Origin: a virus
DNA length: 64,000 nt
Direction: 5' to 3' (one strand)
Virus record (IMG/VR): IMGVR_UViG_3300031949_000025
Span: 3,503 to 67,502 of that record
The notes below the pieces were generated by a model that was not told the origin of the DNA, made no database searches, and was given only the letters and a program-made list of their open reading frames with translations. The position numbers were made by a program, and so were the translations under genes. How positions within the stretch are numbered: position 1 is the stretch's first letter; each line of letters begins with the position of its first letter. Shown in pieces: positions 1 through 9,093 of this stretch.

Positions 1-280
1 CCAGTGTGGCCGTGGTAGAAGGAAGGCTCCAATTGGTGACTACCTGCTGGAGTCCATCGTTGGCTCCCGACAATCCTTTAATGAAGTGCTCATCCCAATA
101 GCTGGTAGACTCATACCGCTTGGTGTCTACCAACGTGGTGGTAGTGCCTCCTGTGGCTGTCTCCTTGGCCCAACGCCCCATTATCTGTGCTACAGCATCT
201 ATGAGGTTGGCCGCTGTATGAGTGGCAAACCCATCATCGGGAGCCGTGATAACTGCAACGCCACCTGAAACTACTAGCAT
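1..280 (-). CDS. hypothetical tail/virion protein, N-terminal part (gene continues past left edge)
   Basis: ATG at 280-278 sits 3 nt after the TAA of the upstream gene, with GGAG upstream. The frame stays open to nt 1. Absent from the ORF track because truncated. Confidence 0.5.
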   Translation of the reverse strand, partial: MLVVSGGVAVITAPDDGFATHTAANLIDAVAQIMGRWAKETATGGTTTTLVDTKRYESTSYWDEHFIKGLSGANDGLQQVVTNWSLPSTTATL

Positions 281-283
281 TTC

Positions 284-1411
284 TTAATCTCCAAACAACT
301 GGAAATAGACCGTCAGACCGGTTGCGGCCCAGGCCGGGCTTATTTGTTCGGCCAAGATGCGGGTATGAGTTTGCGCTGCCACTGATGTTCCGGCCCCACC
401 AGTCTTGTAGGATCGGAGTTTAGCGACTGTATTGACGGCGGTGGTGGTGACTCGCCAAGTTTGAGCCACAGTCGCCCGTACATTGGTGTCCAGGGAATAT
501 GAACTATCTCCCGTTCCGGCGCTAAATGAAGTCGCAATCCCCCGAAGTTCCGCCAACTGTGTTTGCGAAACTCCGGCCACGCTGAGAACCCCCAACAGCG
601 TCTCGCCTGGGTCGCCAATGTCGCTGAGGTCGAAAATACCCGTAATGTCATAAACCCCAGGTTCGGCCAGGGTAAGAGTCGCCCCCACAACGTCCTGTTC
701 GGCTCCCGTCAGGGTGAGGTCGGCGCTGGCCGTGGCCTGTTGCGAAATCGGGTCTTGTTTGGCATTGGCAACGATGGCCTTCTTGTCGGTCGCAATCTCC
801 TGAATCTGGGCATCGCACAGCACCCCGTCCACGTGAACTCCCCAGAGGTTGCGGTAGAGAGCGGGACTGGTGCGGTTGCGGTTGGCCGTGGGATAAGTTG
901 CCGCCATTGTCTTGCGAGTCAATGCGGCAACATCGGCCCCATTGCCCTGTTGGGCTGTCTCTGCATTAGCGAAGTTCCCCGAGGCCGAACTGAGAATCAC
1001 GAAGTCCGTCCCCGCATATTCGATAACCCCGAGAGCCGCCGAAGTCGCTCCCAGAATAGAGCCCGTCCCCGAGAGGACTCCGTTGTCGGCCACGGTGTAG
1101 GCGTTGACCAGGTTGCCCGTCATGGTGACGACGTTAGTCCCATAGTTGATGCTCAGGATGGTCAGGCTCTCGGTGGCGTTGTCATCAGTGAGAGTTACAG
1201 TCTGTCCCGCGCAGAACACCGTGGCGTCAGCCACCTCCACATCGGGCTGTCCGTCAGCGGCATCAGCCGCCAGGAGGCTGGAGATGGCCCCAACCGAGAA
1301 AGTGCCCGTTATCACTCCCGACAGGGCCAGCATGGTAAGGGCAGAGTCAGCCCACAGGGTCGCCTCCTGGCGCTCGGTGTTTTGCTGGTAGGTTCTCATT
1401 AGAGTGCCCAC
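284..1411 (-). CDS. tail-fibre-like structural protein (Ala/Thr/Gly/Val-rich)
   Basis: 375-aa ORF, co-directional and abutting or overlapping its neighbours in the tail module. No motif recognised. Confidence 0.7.
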   Translation of the reverse strand: MGTLMRTYQQNTERQEATLWADSALTMLALSGVITGTFSVGAISSLLAADAADGQPDVEVADATVFCAGQTVTLTDDNATESLTILSINYGTNVVTMTGNLVNAYTVADNGVLSGTGSILGATSAALGVIEYAGTDFVILSSASGNFANAETAQQGNGADVAALTRKTMAATYPTANRNRTSPALYRNLWGVHVDGVLCDAQIQEIATDKKAIVANAKQDPISQQATASADLTLTGAEQDVVGATLTLAEPGVYDITGIFDLSDIGDPGETLLGVLSVAGVSQTQLAELRGIATSFSAGTGDSSYSLDTNVRATVAQTWRVTTTAVNTVAKLRSYKTGGAGTSVAAQTHTRILAEQISPAWAATGLTVYFQLFGD

Positions 1412-3069
1412 CGTGAGGTGCTAAACCTCGTTACTGCGGCGGTGGGAGAGGCAAGCAACTTAAATATCTTGCCCTCGCCCCCAGTGAAGGAAATAGCTTG
1501 CCCAGTGTTGTATTGGTGCCCGTTGGCTACATCTTCAAACCAAGTCAGGGGTTCGGTGCCAGTCAAGGTTAAATCGGCAGCGTTCACGCTCCGGTTAACG
1601 GCCACGGCGTAGTAAGTCGAATCGTTGACAAAGGTGGAGGCGTTGTTGCTACCATCGACTGTTACCTGGTCGGTGGTCTTAGACCAGGCAAGGAGCAAAG
1701 CCTTCAGGCTTGGAATCAAGTCACCAAGATTTGCGACTTCATTAAACAAATCAGTTTCATATTTAAGCCCATTGGAGGTATTACCGCCTTCCCAGTCATA
1801 GATGAAAAAACAGAAACCTTTTGCGCCTTCTTCCAAGGCGAGCCAAAACTGCATCCTGATTTCAGCCACAGTGGGAAGCCGCAAGTGCCAGGATTCCGAC
1901 CCATCCCCAACATCATGCCCCTGCATCATGGCCCAGTAGGGGGCGGATGGGTCGAGGTCGTCCACCGTGTTCCGAATGTAGGTTACAATGTCGGTTCCGC
2001 CCGGGCTTAGGTCTCCAGGAGAGTTCCCTGTCTCGCAAGGATAGGTATGGAGCACCAGAATGTTGCCATTGATGAAGTTGGCCGTGGGGTCAACGTCCCC
2101 AATGAGGCCAGGGAAGGCCAGCCAAGTGGGGGCATACTGGTTGAAGGCTATCCGCATGGCCCGCACTTGCTCGGCTCTGGCTAACGATGGTTCATCATCC
2201 AGCACCACGGCAAAGATGCTGGACTCAGCGGAAAGAATGTCTATCAAGGGTTCGGCAATGACGTGGGCCTGGGTTACGGTGTAGGGGCCTATATCGTAAT
2301 AGCTATCCCAAAGGTCTCCCTCAAACGACATGACCACCTTGATACCTTCGGCTTCTGCTGCATCCAACAGGTCAGCAACATTAGCGCCCTCGGCTGAGGT
2401 GTTGTTCAGAGAGATGGTGTTGATGTTGTGGGCCACTAGATCGGCTACAATAGTGGCGGGACTACTCAAATACGAGGCGTTCATAAACATGGCGAAGGGA
2501 ACAAAGGTCTGGCTGGTTTGAGCAGCGCCTCCAGTGTAGGTTCCCGTCAGTTTGGCAGCGTTAGCCGCTTCATTGTCGTAGTCGTAAATCCGGCGCTGGG
2601 TGTTGTCGGGGCCACCGTTGTTCTTGACCACAAGCATGAGCCGATTGTTTGGTTTCCAATTTGCATCGGCTAGCACTTCGTTGCCAATGGCTGATATGTC
2701 TGGAGATGGGTAGAACTCGCCTGTGCTCCAAGCATCTGGCTCCCAGTCAACGTAGGCGGTGGTGAGAGTAAGGGCTTCAAACTCGGTGGCATCGGCGGGT
2801 AGAGCCGCTTCCGCATAAGCTGGAAGCACCCCATAAATGCGAAGAACTACAGCATCGCTTTGGTTGCCAAAGGAGCACAGTTGCAAGTGGAGGTCAGAGA
2901 AGGTAGCCCCTTGACCGACAGACGGCTTGAATATATAACCCGTCTCTTGGTTGACACTATCCCACTTGCCAACATATTGGTGGCTCAGTTGATAAGAGCC
3001 GATGCCTTGGTAGTCATCGTTGTTGTTACTGATTTGAAGGGCTAGACTGCTCATCGTCTTGCCGCCCAT
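1399..3069 (-). CDS. virion-associated protein, possible TIM-barrel glycosidase-like core
   Basis: 556-aa ORF. Alternating strand/helix segments (GIKVVMSFEG, AVVLDDEPS, ILVLHTYPCE, GFCFFIYDWEG) suggest the fold, but this is inference only. Confidence 0.75.
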   Translation of the reverse strand: MGGKTMSSLALQISNNNDDYQGIGSYQLSHQYVGKWDSVNQETGYIFKPSVGQGATFSDLHLQLCSFGNQSDAVVLRIYGVLPAYAEAALPADATEFEALTLTTAYVDWEPDAWSTGEFYPSPDISAIGNEVLADANWKPNNRLMLVVKNNGGPDNTQRRIYDYDNEAANAAKLTGTYTGGAAQTSQTFVPFAMFMNASYLSSPATIVADLVAHNINTISLNNTSAEGANVADLLDAAEAEGIKVVMSFEGDLWDSYYDIGPYTVTQAHVIAEPLIDILSAESSIFAVVLDDEPSLARAEQVRAMRIAFNQYAPTWLAFPGLIGDVDPTANFINGNILVLHTYPCETGNSPGDLSPGGTDIVTYIRNTVDDLDPSAPYWAMMQGHDVGDGSESWHLRLPTVAEIRMQFWLALEEGAKGFCFFIYDWEGGNTSNGLKYETDLFNEVANLGDLIPSLKALLLAWSKTTDQVTVDGSNNASTFVNDSTYYAVAVNRSVNAADLTLTGTEPLTWFEDVANGHQYNTGQAISFTGGEGKIFKLLASPTAAVTRFSTSRWAL

Positions 3070-3240
3070 CGGGTTGACTCTTTGCGCTCTACGTTCTGTT
3101 GGTAGGCCCTCACGCTATGCTCCCCCAGAACCGCGCCATAACAAACAGAATCAGCATCCGCGACGCGTAGCGATAGACGCTCCCCTTAAACGTCTCTGCG
3201 GGGGCCGATGCTGCCGAAGACAGCCATACCCCTTGAAAGA

Positions 3241-3525
3241 CTAGGAGATCAGAAGCCACGTTACCCCGCTCCCCGCCAATGCCCCCACAATGGACAGAAG
3301 GATGGCTTTCACCGCGTCCAACTTGCGTTCAATTACTTTGACCACCTTGGGTTCCAATAGAAACGCCTCTTCTGGTATGCGCTCATCGGCCCACTTAACG
3401 TAGAGCCGACGCATCTCCGCAACGATGTCCCGCTCTTCTCCTTTGGTCGTGGCATTCTGGCGGCGCTCCTTGAGTTCTCGGAGTTGCCGCAAAACGTCTT
3501 GCTGTATGTAGGTGTAATCGTCCAT
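3241..3525 (-). CDS. small protein with C-terminal transmembrane helix
   Basis: 94-aa ORF starting directly after the tail-fibre stop (TAAATG). Charged helix followed by hydrophobic ILLSIVGALAGSGVTWLLI. Confidence 0.6.
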   Translation of the reverse strand: MDDYTYIQQDVLRQLRELKERRQNATTKGEERDIVAEMRRLYVKWADERIPEEAFLLEPKVVKVIERKLDAVKAILLSIVGALAGSGVTWLLIS

Positions 3526-4935
3526 TTAGGCTGTATCCACAGAGATGATCGGGTCAGCGGCAGCATCGGTCGTGACTGCCTGGGTGAATAGTGAAGTCGC
3601 ATCATCGGTCTTGTAGACGGTGAGCACCCCCGCTGCTATTGCCACTTTGTTGACTAGCTTGGCGATGGCCCCCAGGAGTGTCCTACCAGATGCCCCCGCC
3701 TCTCCGTTGGCTATGGGTTCAGTGAGAATGTCCACCACGCCAGCGGAGGTGATATTGGAGACGGACACAGTATCCACAGCAGGATCGAAGTAGTTGGCTG
3801 CTACCAATGTCCGAGCCTCAAACTCGGCAACCGTGGGAAGGTCGGCAATATCGGCGCTTAGGCTAGCACCTACCGCTGTCCCCAGGTTGTCTCGAACCGC
3901 CTCCAGGCTGTCGGTTGCCTGGTCATAGGTGAAGCTGCCCGGCGTCTTAGTGAGCAATTCGTGGAACACGCTCCCCACCGTTGGGGGGGCCGCCCCGTCT
4001 ATGTCAGAGTCGGCGTTAAGCAATTCGTCAAGTCTCTGGGCAACTAGGGCGTCGTCTACCTCAGACTGCACTTCGGCATCCCATGAGGCGTTCCAGGGGA
4101 CAGCGGAAAGGCTTGCGCCATTCGCTCCTATGCGCACAAATGAATCCCCCGTCTGGTTGAGTGATGCCAGAGTGAACACTGGAGCCGCAACATCTAGGAG
4201 TTTCTTAAACCCAGCCGACAGGTAGCCACCTACGGTTTCAGTAATGGCCGTCCCCAGGATCGCAACCAGGTTGACGCCCAGTTTGGTGGTTCCACCGGCA
4301 TACCCCGTCCCGTCAAACATCAACTCGGCGTTGTCCGCCGCCGTGGTATCTCCAGAGATAGAGACCACGTCCACCCCTAGCTTTGCTGTCCCACCTGCGT
4401 AACCAGTTCCGTCAAACATGAGTTCGGCATTATCAGCAGCGGTAGTGTCACCCGATATGGCGACAACATCGACGCCAAGTTTCGCGGTTCCCCCAGCGTA
4501 GCCGGTTCCATCGAACATATCCTCTAGGTTGTCCTGGAGGGTGCCGTTGTCCACCATGACGTTGTTCATGCTAGCCTTGCGAAATCCGATAGTCGGACCC
4601 CTCCAAGGGAGAACTCCTGTTGCTACGCCAGTGATCCAACCAAAGCCCTCGGTATCATTGTTGGCCGATACTCCGCCAGTATTAGGTATCTCGATGGCAT
4701 ACATGCCCTTGTCAGCAATGGGCTCAGACCAGTCATAAACGCCGCCCGTGGTTGGAGTGATAGCAACACCTGTAACGACTCCCGCCGTGGTGACGAAGTT
4801 CCAGGTCACGGCTATCCCCGCGCTGTTGTAGACGACAGCGGTTTCAATCGACTTGAAGTCGGTGTCATCAAGCAGGGGGAGAATGTTGACTGGAATAATT
4901 ACGGAAGTGTCTACATCACACCAGATGTCAGGCAC
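3526..4935 (-). CDS. tail fibre protein with three 33-aa tandem repeats
   Basis: 469-aa ORF with a GTG start and AAGGAGG 5 nt upstream. Carries the repeats MFDGTGYAGGTAKLGVDVV.ISGDTTAADNAEL. Lies in the tail module. Confidence 0.85.
   Translation of the reverse strand: MPDIWCDVDTSVIIPVNILPLLDDTDFKSIETAVVYNSAGIAVTWNFVTTAGVVTGVAITPTTGGVYDWSEPIADKGMYAIEIPNTGGVSANNDTEGFGWITGVATGVLPWRGPTIGFRKASMNNVMVDNGTLQDNLEDMFDGTGYAGGTAKLGVDVVAISGDTTAADNAELMFDGTGYAGGTAKLGVDVVSISGDTTAADNAELMFDGTGYAGGTTKLGVNLVAILGTAITETVGGYLSAGFKKLLDVAAPVFTLASLNQTGDSFVRIGANGASLSAVPWNASWDAEVQSEVDDALVAQRLDELLNADSDIDGAAPPTVGSVFHELLTKTPGSFTYDQATDSLEAVRDNLGTAVGASLSADIADLPTVAEFEARTLVAANYFDPAVDTVSVSNITSAGVVDILTEPIANGEAGASGRTLLGAIAKLVNKVAIAAGVLTVYKTDDATSLFTQAVTTDAAADPIISVDTA
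4222..4518 (-). repeat. 3 x 99-bp tandem repeat inside the tail fibre gene
   Basis: Three consecutive 99-nt units; the first two are near identical and the third has diverged. Read directly from DNA and protein. Confidence 0.9.
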
Positions 4936-4945
4936 GTGAACCTCC

Positions 4946-4974
4946 TTGACCTATCACACTAGGTGTGATATAAT
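4946..4974 (+). promoter_or_regulatory. sigma70-type promoter of the HNH gene with palindromic operator-like spacer
   Basis: TTGACC (4946-4951), 17-nt spacer, TGaTATAAT (-10 at 4969-4974). The spacer holds the perfect palindrome TCACACTAGGTGTGA (4954-4968). Confidence 0.6.
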
Positions 4975-5002
4975 GTTGGCATAATACAATAGGAGAAAAC
5001 AG

Positions 5003-5503
5003 ATGAACCAGAACAATGAGCCAAGATGGATAACTGACCTTCGGGGGTATAGATATGCCAAGGTGAGCGGCCATCCAAACGCGAACAAGAACCACTATAT
5101 CTCTGAGCACCGCCTTGCAATGAGCAATCATCTTGGGCGACCATTGGCCCCCAATGAACTTGTTCACCATATCAATGGAGATAAGTCTGACAATAGGATA
5201 GAAAACCTTGTCCTCATTACGAGGTCTGCCCATGTTGGCGAGCATATTAGGGGTGAGAAACACCCCCTTTGGAAGGGTGGGGCTGCTATTGTTCAATGTA
5301 ATCAATGTGGCAAAGAGTTTCCTGCAAAGGCTCACAATCGTAACGATACGGCGAAATTTTGTTCCCGCAAATGCTATGCTGATAGCATGCGCGAGAATCC
5401 GCGTATATGCCTTATTTGCGGAAAGGAATACCAGCCTCCGAACGGGAAGGTTCCGAGTAAGTATTGCTCCAGCCCTTGTTTCCAGATGAGCCGTAAGAGC
5501 TAG
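5003..5503 (+). CDS. HNH homing endonuclease (free-standing, opposite strand)
   Basis: 166 aa with [53 protein letters not shown]-terminal CxxC pairs. Confidence 0.9.
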   Translation: MNQNNEPRWITDLRGYRYAKVSGHPNANKNHYISEHRLAMSNHLGRPLAPNELVHHINGDKSDNRIENLVLITRSAHVGEHIRGEKHPLWKGGAAIVQCNQCGKEFPAKAHNRNDTAKFCSRKCYADSMRENPRICLICGKEYQPPNGKVPSKYCSSPCFQMSRKS

Positions 5504-5530
5504 TTTCCAAATGTCAGGCATTGTTAGCTC

Positions 5531-6985
5531 CTATTGCTGTGCGTAGGCATACCAGGGTTTGCCGCCTCCGCCCCCCGCCGTAAACTCGACATGGAGCTTG
5601 GGGGCAAGGGTTGTATTGTGGTCGTAAGTCCTGACCCCTCTATTTGAGGAATCCGAGACTATACTTCCAGCCCGGTCTCCACAGAAGAACCCCATCGCAT
5701 TATTTTCAGCAAAGCCCACACGGTCAACAATTTCTTGGATGCAAGTTGCAATGCCTGGAGTGTTATACCACGTATCAGCCGAAAAGTTGCCTGGAGTCCA
5801 GGCAACGCTAGCTGTTGTTAATGCCCTACTGTCGTAATCAGTGCGGTCAGCAATAGCCCCTGGGTTGTCAGCGTCTTCGCCATATATCAGTACGGGAACG
5901 GTATTAGAAAAGTTTCCACTACTATAAAAAGAAAGATATGTGTTACTGGTAATAGCCGCTCCATTAGAAATAGCCACTGTCGTAAAGCGGGAGGCATTTT
6001 CTTGCTTGTTGTAGGTAGAGTTCCACCGACCAAAGTAAGTAGCAGTATCAGTTTTGTCAAAACCCGTGGTGCTCCAAATGTAGCAATCATCTGCCCCAGC
6101 CCCCACCTGCTCATCAACCGTGGTGTCCACCATGAGGGGCCACACCCTGGCAGCATCCTCAATCCAGGCCAGGGGGACTCGGTGGAAGACGTTTAGACTC
6201 TGCCCCGAACGTTTGAACCAGAAGGCCCCGAGAACCTGCTGGCCTGCTGAATCCCAAGAGCGGGGTAGGTTAAACCACCAGAGGACTTGACCGGTGGTGA
6301 TTAGGCGGAACTCTACCAGCCCCGACGTGGCTCTGTCAGCATGGCTGCCAGTGTCCCACCGTGTCCCGTTGACCCAGATACCAACGCCAGACGAGCGCCG
6401 GAAGGTCAGTTGTAGCTCCAGAGACGGGTTGCCGCCCGACCGGATAGTGGCGTTGGCTGTGGGCAGAGAGGCCAAGGAATCGATGGTTAGGAGTTTCTCC
6501 AGCCTTGCGGTCTGGGCTTCCCAACTGAAGTGCCGGCCCGTTCCGTATCCGTTGGGCCATGTGGCCTTGTCGCCACTGACAACGGCGTCGATGGCATCGG
6601 GCACCGAGATGAACTGAATCTGGCTGAGGTCGTTAGTCCACTGGAGGTTCTGAGGGTCTAGTTCGACATACTCACCAGTGGCGGGGTCGGTGTAACGGCC
6701 AACAAAAGCAGCGTCAAGGCGAGACTGGAGATAGGCGTTGAAGCCCGCCTTTTCCATCCGGTAGTTGAACGGCGCAGGCGCTCCCCCAGCAACCCAATCG
6801 GTGTCCACCTCCTGATCAAGCGCAGGCCCATAATGCCACCGTCCACCGACCTGAGCGTCGAACATGAAGCGGTTGGGGTCGGTAGGGTGCCTGTGCTTGA
6901 TATGCCCACGGCCACGTTCGACAACGACGGCACCAGGCCACCATATCTGAGCGGCTACGCGGGCAAGAAGGGCTGGGTTAGCCAC
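5531..6985 (-). CDS. tail/baseplate-like structural protein
   Basis: 484-aa ORF in the tail module, ending GGGGGKPWYAYAQQ. No motif recognised. Confidence 0.8.
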   Translation of the reverse strand: MANPALLARVAAQIWWPGAVVVERGRGHIKHRHPTDPNRFMFDAQVGGRWHYGPALDQEVDTDWVAGGAPAPFNYRMEKAGFNAYLQSRLDAAFVGRYTDPATGEYVELDPQNLQWTNDLSQIQFISVPDAIDAVVSGDKATWPNGYGTGRHFSWEAQTARLEKLLTIDSLASLPTANATIRSGGNPSLELQLTFRRSSGVGIWVNGTRWDTGSHADRATSGLVEFRLITTGQVLWWFNLPRSWDSAGQQVLGAFWFKRSGQSLNVFHRVPLAWIEDAARVWPLMVDTTVDEQVGAGADDCYIWSTTGFDKTDTATYFGRWNSTYNKQENASRFTTVAISNGAAITSNTYLSFYSSGNFSNTVPVLIYGEDADNPGAIADRTDYDSRALTTASVAWTPGNFSADTWYNTPGIATCIQEIVDRVGFAENNAMGFFCGDRAGSIVSDSSNRGVRTYDHNTTLAPKLHVEFTAGGGGGKPWYAYAQQ

Positions 6986-7438
6986 TTACGCAGCCACCAC
7001 GTTGGCATCGGTTGAAAGGGGCATCCAGTAACACGCCACCCTAATAGCGCCCCCATTTACGGCAGCTGTCCCAACGGTCATAATGATGCTGTCAGTAATG
7101 GCGATGTCCTTGAGGGCAGAGGGAGTGGCAATTCCGTTGGCGTCCGGGGTGGCGTCCACCCAGAACTCATTGGCGTCAATGTTAACAGCGTTGGTGGCTG
7201 CTATGAATAGGTCGGTATCACCAGTGACACCCAAGGCCAAGGTCGCGCTGCCCGGGGCGGCCTCTTCCAGAAGAACCGTGCAGAAGGGCACCATAATCGC
7301 CACCAGGACTTCGCCGGTAACGGTGTAGAGTGGAACGGCCCCCACTGCGCCCAGGTTGGCCGCTCCGGTGAAGGTGATGGTCTTGTAGACGGGACCTTGA
7401 AGTTGCCCGCCTAGGGAAACGATGTCTGATACGCCCAT
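6986..7438 (-). CDS. hypothetical structural protein
   Basis: 150-aa ORF contiguous with its neighbours (stop and start adjacent), Ala/Val/Thr-rich. Confidence 0.7.
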   Translation of the reverse strand: MGVSDIVSLGGQLQGPVYKTITFTGAANLGAVGAVPLYTVTGEVLVAIMVPFCTVLLEEAAPGSATLALGVTGDTDLFIAATNAVNIDANEFWVDATPDANGIATPSALKDIAITDSIIMTVGTAAVNGGAIRVACYWMPLSTDANVVAA

Positions 7439-7440
7439 CG

Positions 7441-7974
7441 TTATGCCTCCACCTTGTGTTCTACTGTGAGTGTGCCGTCGCCACCCGTGGCGATAAAGAG
7501 GATGGTTCGGATGTCTCGGGCACCAGTTACCTTAAAGGTGCAAGGGGCGATTAAGAGGTTGCCAACCGTGGCCGTGGGTTTGGCGGTAGCACAACGATAG
7601 CGGACATTGCCACCTTCGAGGGTGTATTCGCTCTCCACGACGCCTTCGGGGATTCTGCCCGCTGTGGGGCCGATAGCCGTAGTGGATACGGTAATCTTCT
7701 CGAAGGGCCGCACATAGACAGGGGTGTCATCGGCGTGAGTAGCAGCGGTGGTGTCGTTGTAGGGGCGAGTGTCTACCGTGAGGGTGTTGGTAGCGATGTT
7801 TGTTACCAACATCTCTTCGGCTTCTACACGGATAACGTCTCCGATTTGGAAGTCGGTTCCGTCGTCAACATTGATGCCGGTCTCCGATATGTCCAGGGCT
7901 TCATTCAGAAGCGAGCCACTGAGCACAAAGGGGCCAGTGACAAATACATTGGTTCTTACACGTTGTCCAGCCAT
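7441..7974 (-). CDS. hypothetical structural protein
   Basis: 177-aa ORF with GGAGG upstream of the ATG. First gene after the 8021-8046 hairpin. Confidence 0.7.
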   Translation of the reverse strand: MAGQRVRTNVFVTGPFVLSGSLLNEALDISETGINVDDGTDFQIGDVIRVEAEEMLVTNIATNTLTVDTRPYNDTTAATHADDTPVYVRPFEKITVSTTAIGPTAGRIPEGVVESEYTLEGGNVRYRCATAKPTATVGNLLIAPCTFKVTGARDIRTILFIATGGDGTLTVEHKVEA

Positions 7975-8020
7975 GCGCCTTTTACCTCCATCCGCCTTGA
8001 CGCAGCAAACTTATGTTCCC

Positions 8021-8046
8021 CAGGAGGGGGAACGTTCCCCCTCCTG
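8021..8046. terminator. perfect 26-bp palindrome (stable hairpin) between structural genes
   Basis: CAGGAGGGGGAAC/GTTCCCCCTCCTG. The T-run lies only on the plus strand, so on the coding (minus) strand it is more likely an attenuator or stabiliser. Confidence 0.45.
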
Positions 8047-8057
8047 ATGTTTTGTTT

Positions 8058-9014
8058 TTAGGCTTCAGCCACCGTCACCGCCAGGAGGCCGGAAATGCTC
8101 GCATCGGGGTTCGGAGCGAACATATAGGTGAGAACGTCACCCACAGCGGCAGCATTGACGACCAGGTTGTTGCGACCCCGGAAGACAATCTGGTGCCCAG
8201 CGGCGGTGCAGTTGTCGTCGATGGCCTGGGTTAGCTGAGTTGCATTCTGTTGGAAGAGGCAGTTCTCAAACCATATTGCCCAGGGGACAACCGTAATGTC
8301 GGCGTCAATCCGAACATGGCAGTGGGTGGCATCGTAGCCCCAGGAAAGGAACTCGCAATCGATGAACTTGTTCCGGCCTGGAACAGCCGCCCCATGACAC
8401 CAGAGGCCATAACTGGCGGCAGTGCGAGGGTTGGTAAACTGGCCGACGGTGCAACGCACGAAGACGTTCTCTGAGCCACCCAACTTGAGACTGTAGGAGG
8501 CGGCGTCGGTGGCGACCGGGGACATGAAGAAGATATTCTCGAAGTAGTTGCGTAGTCCAGTGATGGCTACACACCCAGCCGCCGACCCCGCAGCTTTCTC
8601 GTTGGAGAACTGGATGTTCTTGAAGATGCAACCACTAGCCGAGATGGTTACAGCAGGAGTGACCGCAATAGCAGCCTGAGTCACTATGCGGCAACGCTGG
8701 CCGAGGCCGTAGAGTTCCGAACCAACACCGATTAGGTGGGTATAGTTCTTGCTCCAGGTGATGGCCGCCGCAGGGTTATCAGCGGTGGCCCGCGCGATGA
8801 AGGCCACCACGTCGTTTTGGTTTGCTGTGCAGCGAGCGTACGCCTCCTCGACCCCAATGTAGGGAGCACCAAGACTACCATCGCCAGTAGCGGACCCATT
8901 CACGGTATCCACCCAGAAAACGTCCCCGATAGGATGCTCTAAAATGTTCGATAGGTCCGCTATGCTCTTTCCGGCATTCATAAAGTACCGGAGTTTGGTG
9001 TTCATACCAGCCAT
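8058..9014 (-). CDS. right-handed beta-helix (pectin-lyase-like) structural protein
   Basis: 318 aa with repeated short strand ladders (CIFKNIQFSN, NYFENIFFMS, NVFVRCTVG, NKFIDCEFLS). Directly downstream of the capsid gene. Confidence 0.75.
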   Translation of the reverse strand: MAGMNTKLRYFMNAGKSIADLSNILEHPIGDVFWVDTVNGSATGDGSLGAPYIGVEEAYARCTANQNDVVAFIARATADNPAAAITWSKNYTHLIGVGSELYGLGQRCRIVTQAAIAVTPAVTISASGCIFKNIQFSNEKAAGSAAGCVAITGLRNYFENIFFMSPVATDAASYSLKLGGSENVFVRCTVGQFTNPRTAASYGLWCHGAAVPGRNKFIDCEFLSWGYDATHCHVRIDADITVVPWAIWFENCLFQQNATQLTQAIDDNCTAAGHQIVFRGRNNLVVNAAAVGDVLTYMFAPNPDASISGLLAVTVAEA

Positions 9015-9038
9015 TTCGTGTTATTCCTTCCCGGTTTC

Positions 9039-9058
9039 GGGGGCGGGAGGCCGCCCCC
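9039..9058. other. GC hairpin downstream of capsid gene
   Basis: GGGGGCGG-gagg-CCGCCCCC: 8-bp stem and 4-nt loop, no U-tract. Confidence 0.4.
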
Positions 9059-9093
9059 TACGTCCCGTAATTGTGCCGTCCTTCCGGCTGTAT

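Noticed and set aside
4928-5521. 197-aa minus-strand ORF overlapping the whole HNH gene
   Set aside because: It is antisense to a gene with clear HNH motifs, and its sequence is low-complexity hydrophobic with no motif. Only its first five codons (MPDIW) are meaningful, as a relic of the duplicated tail-fibre start.
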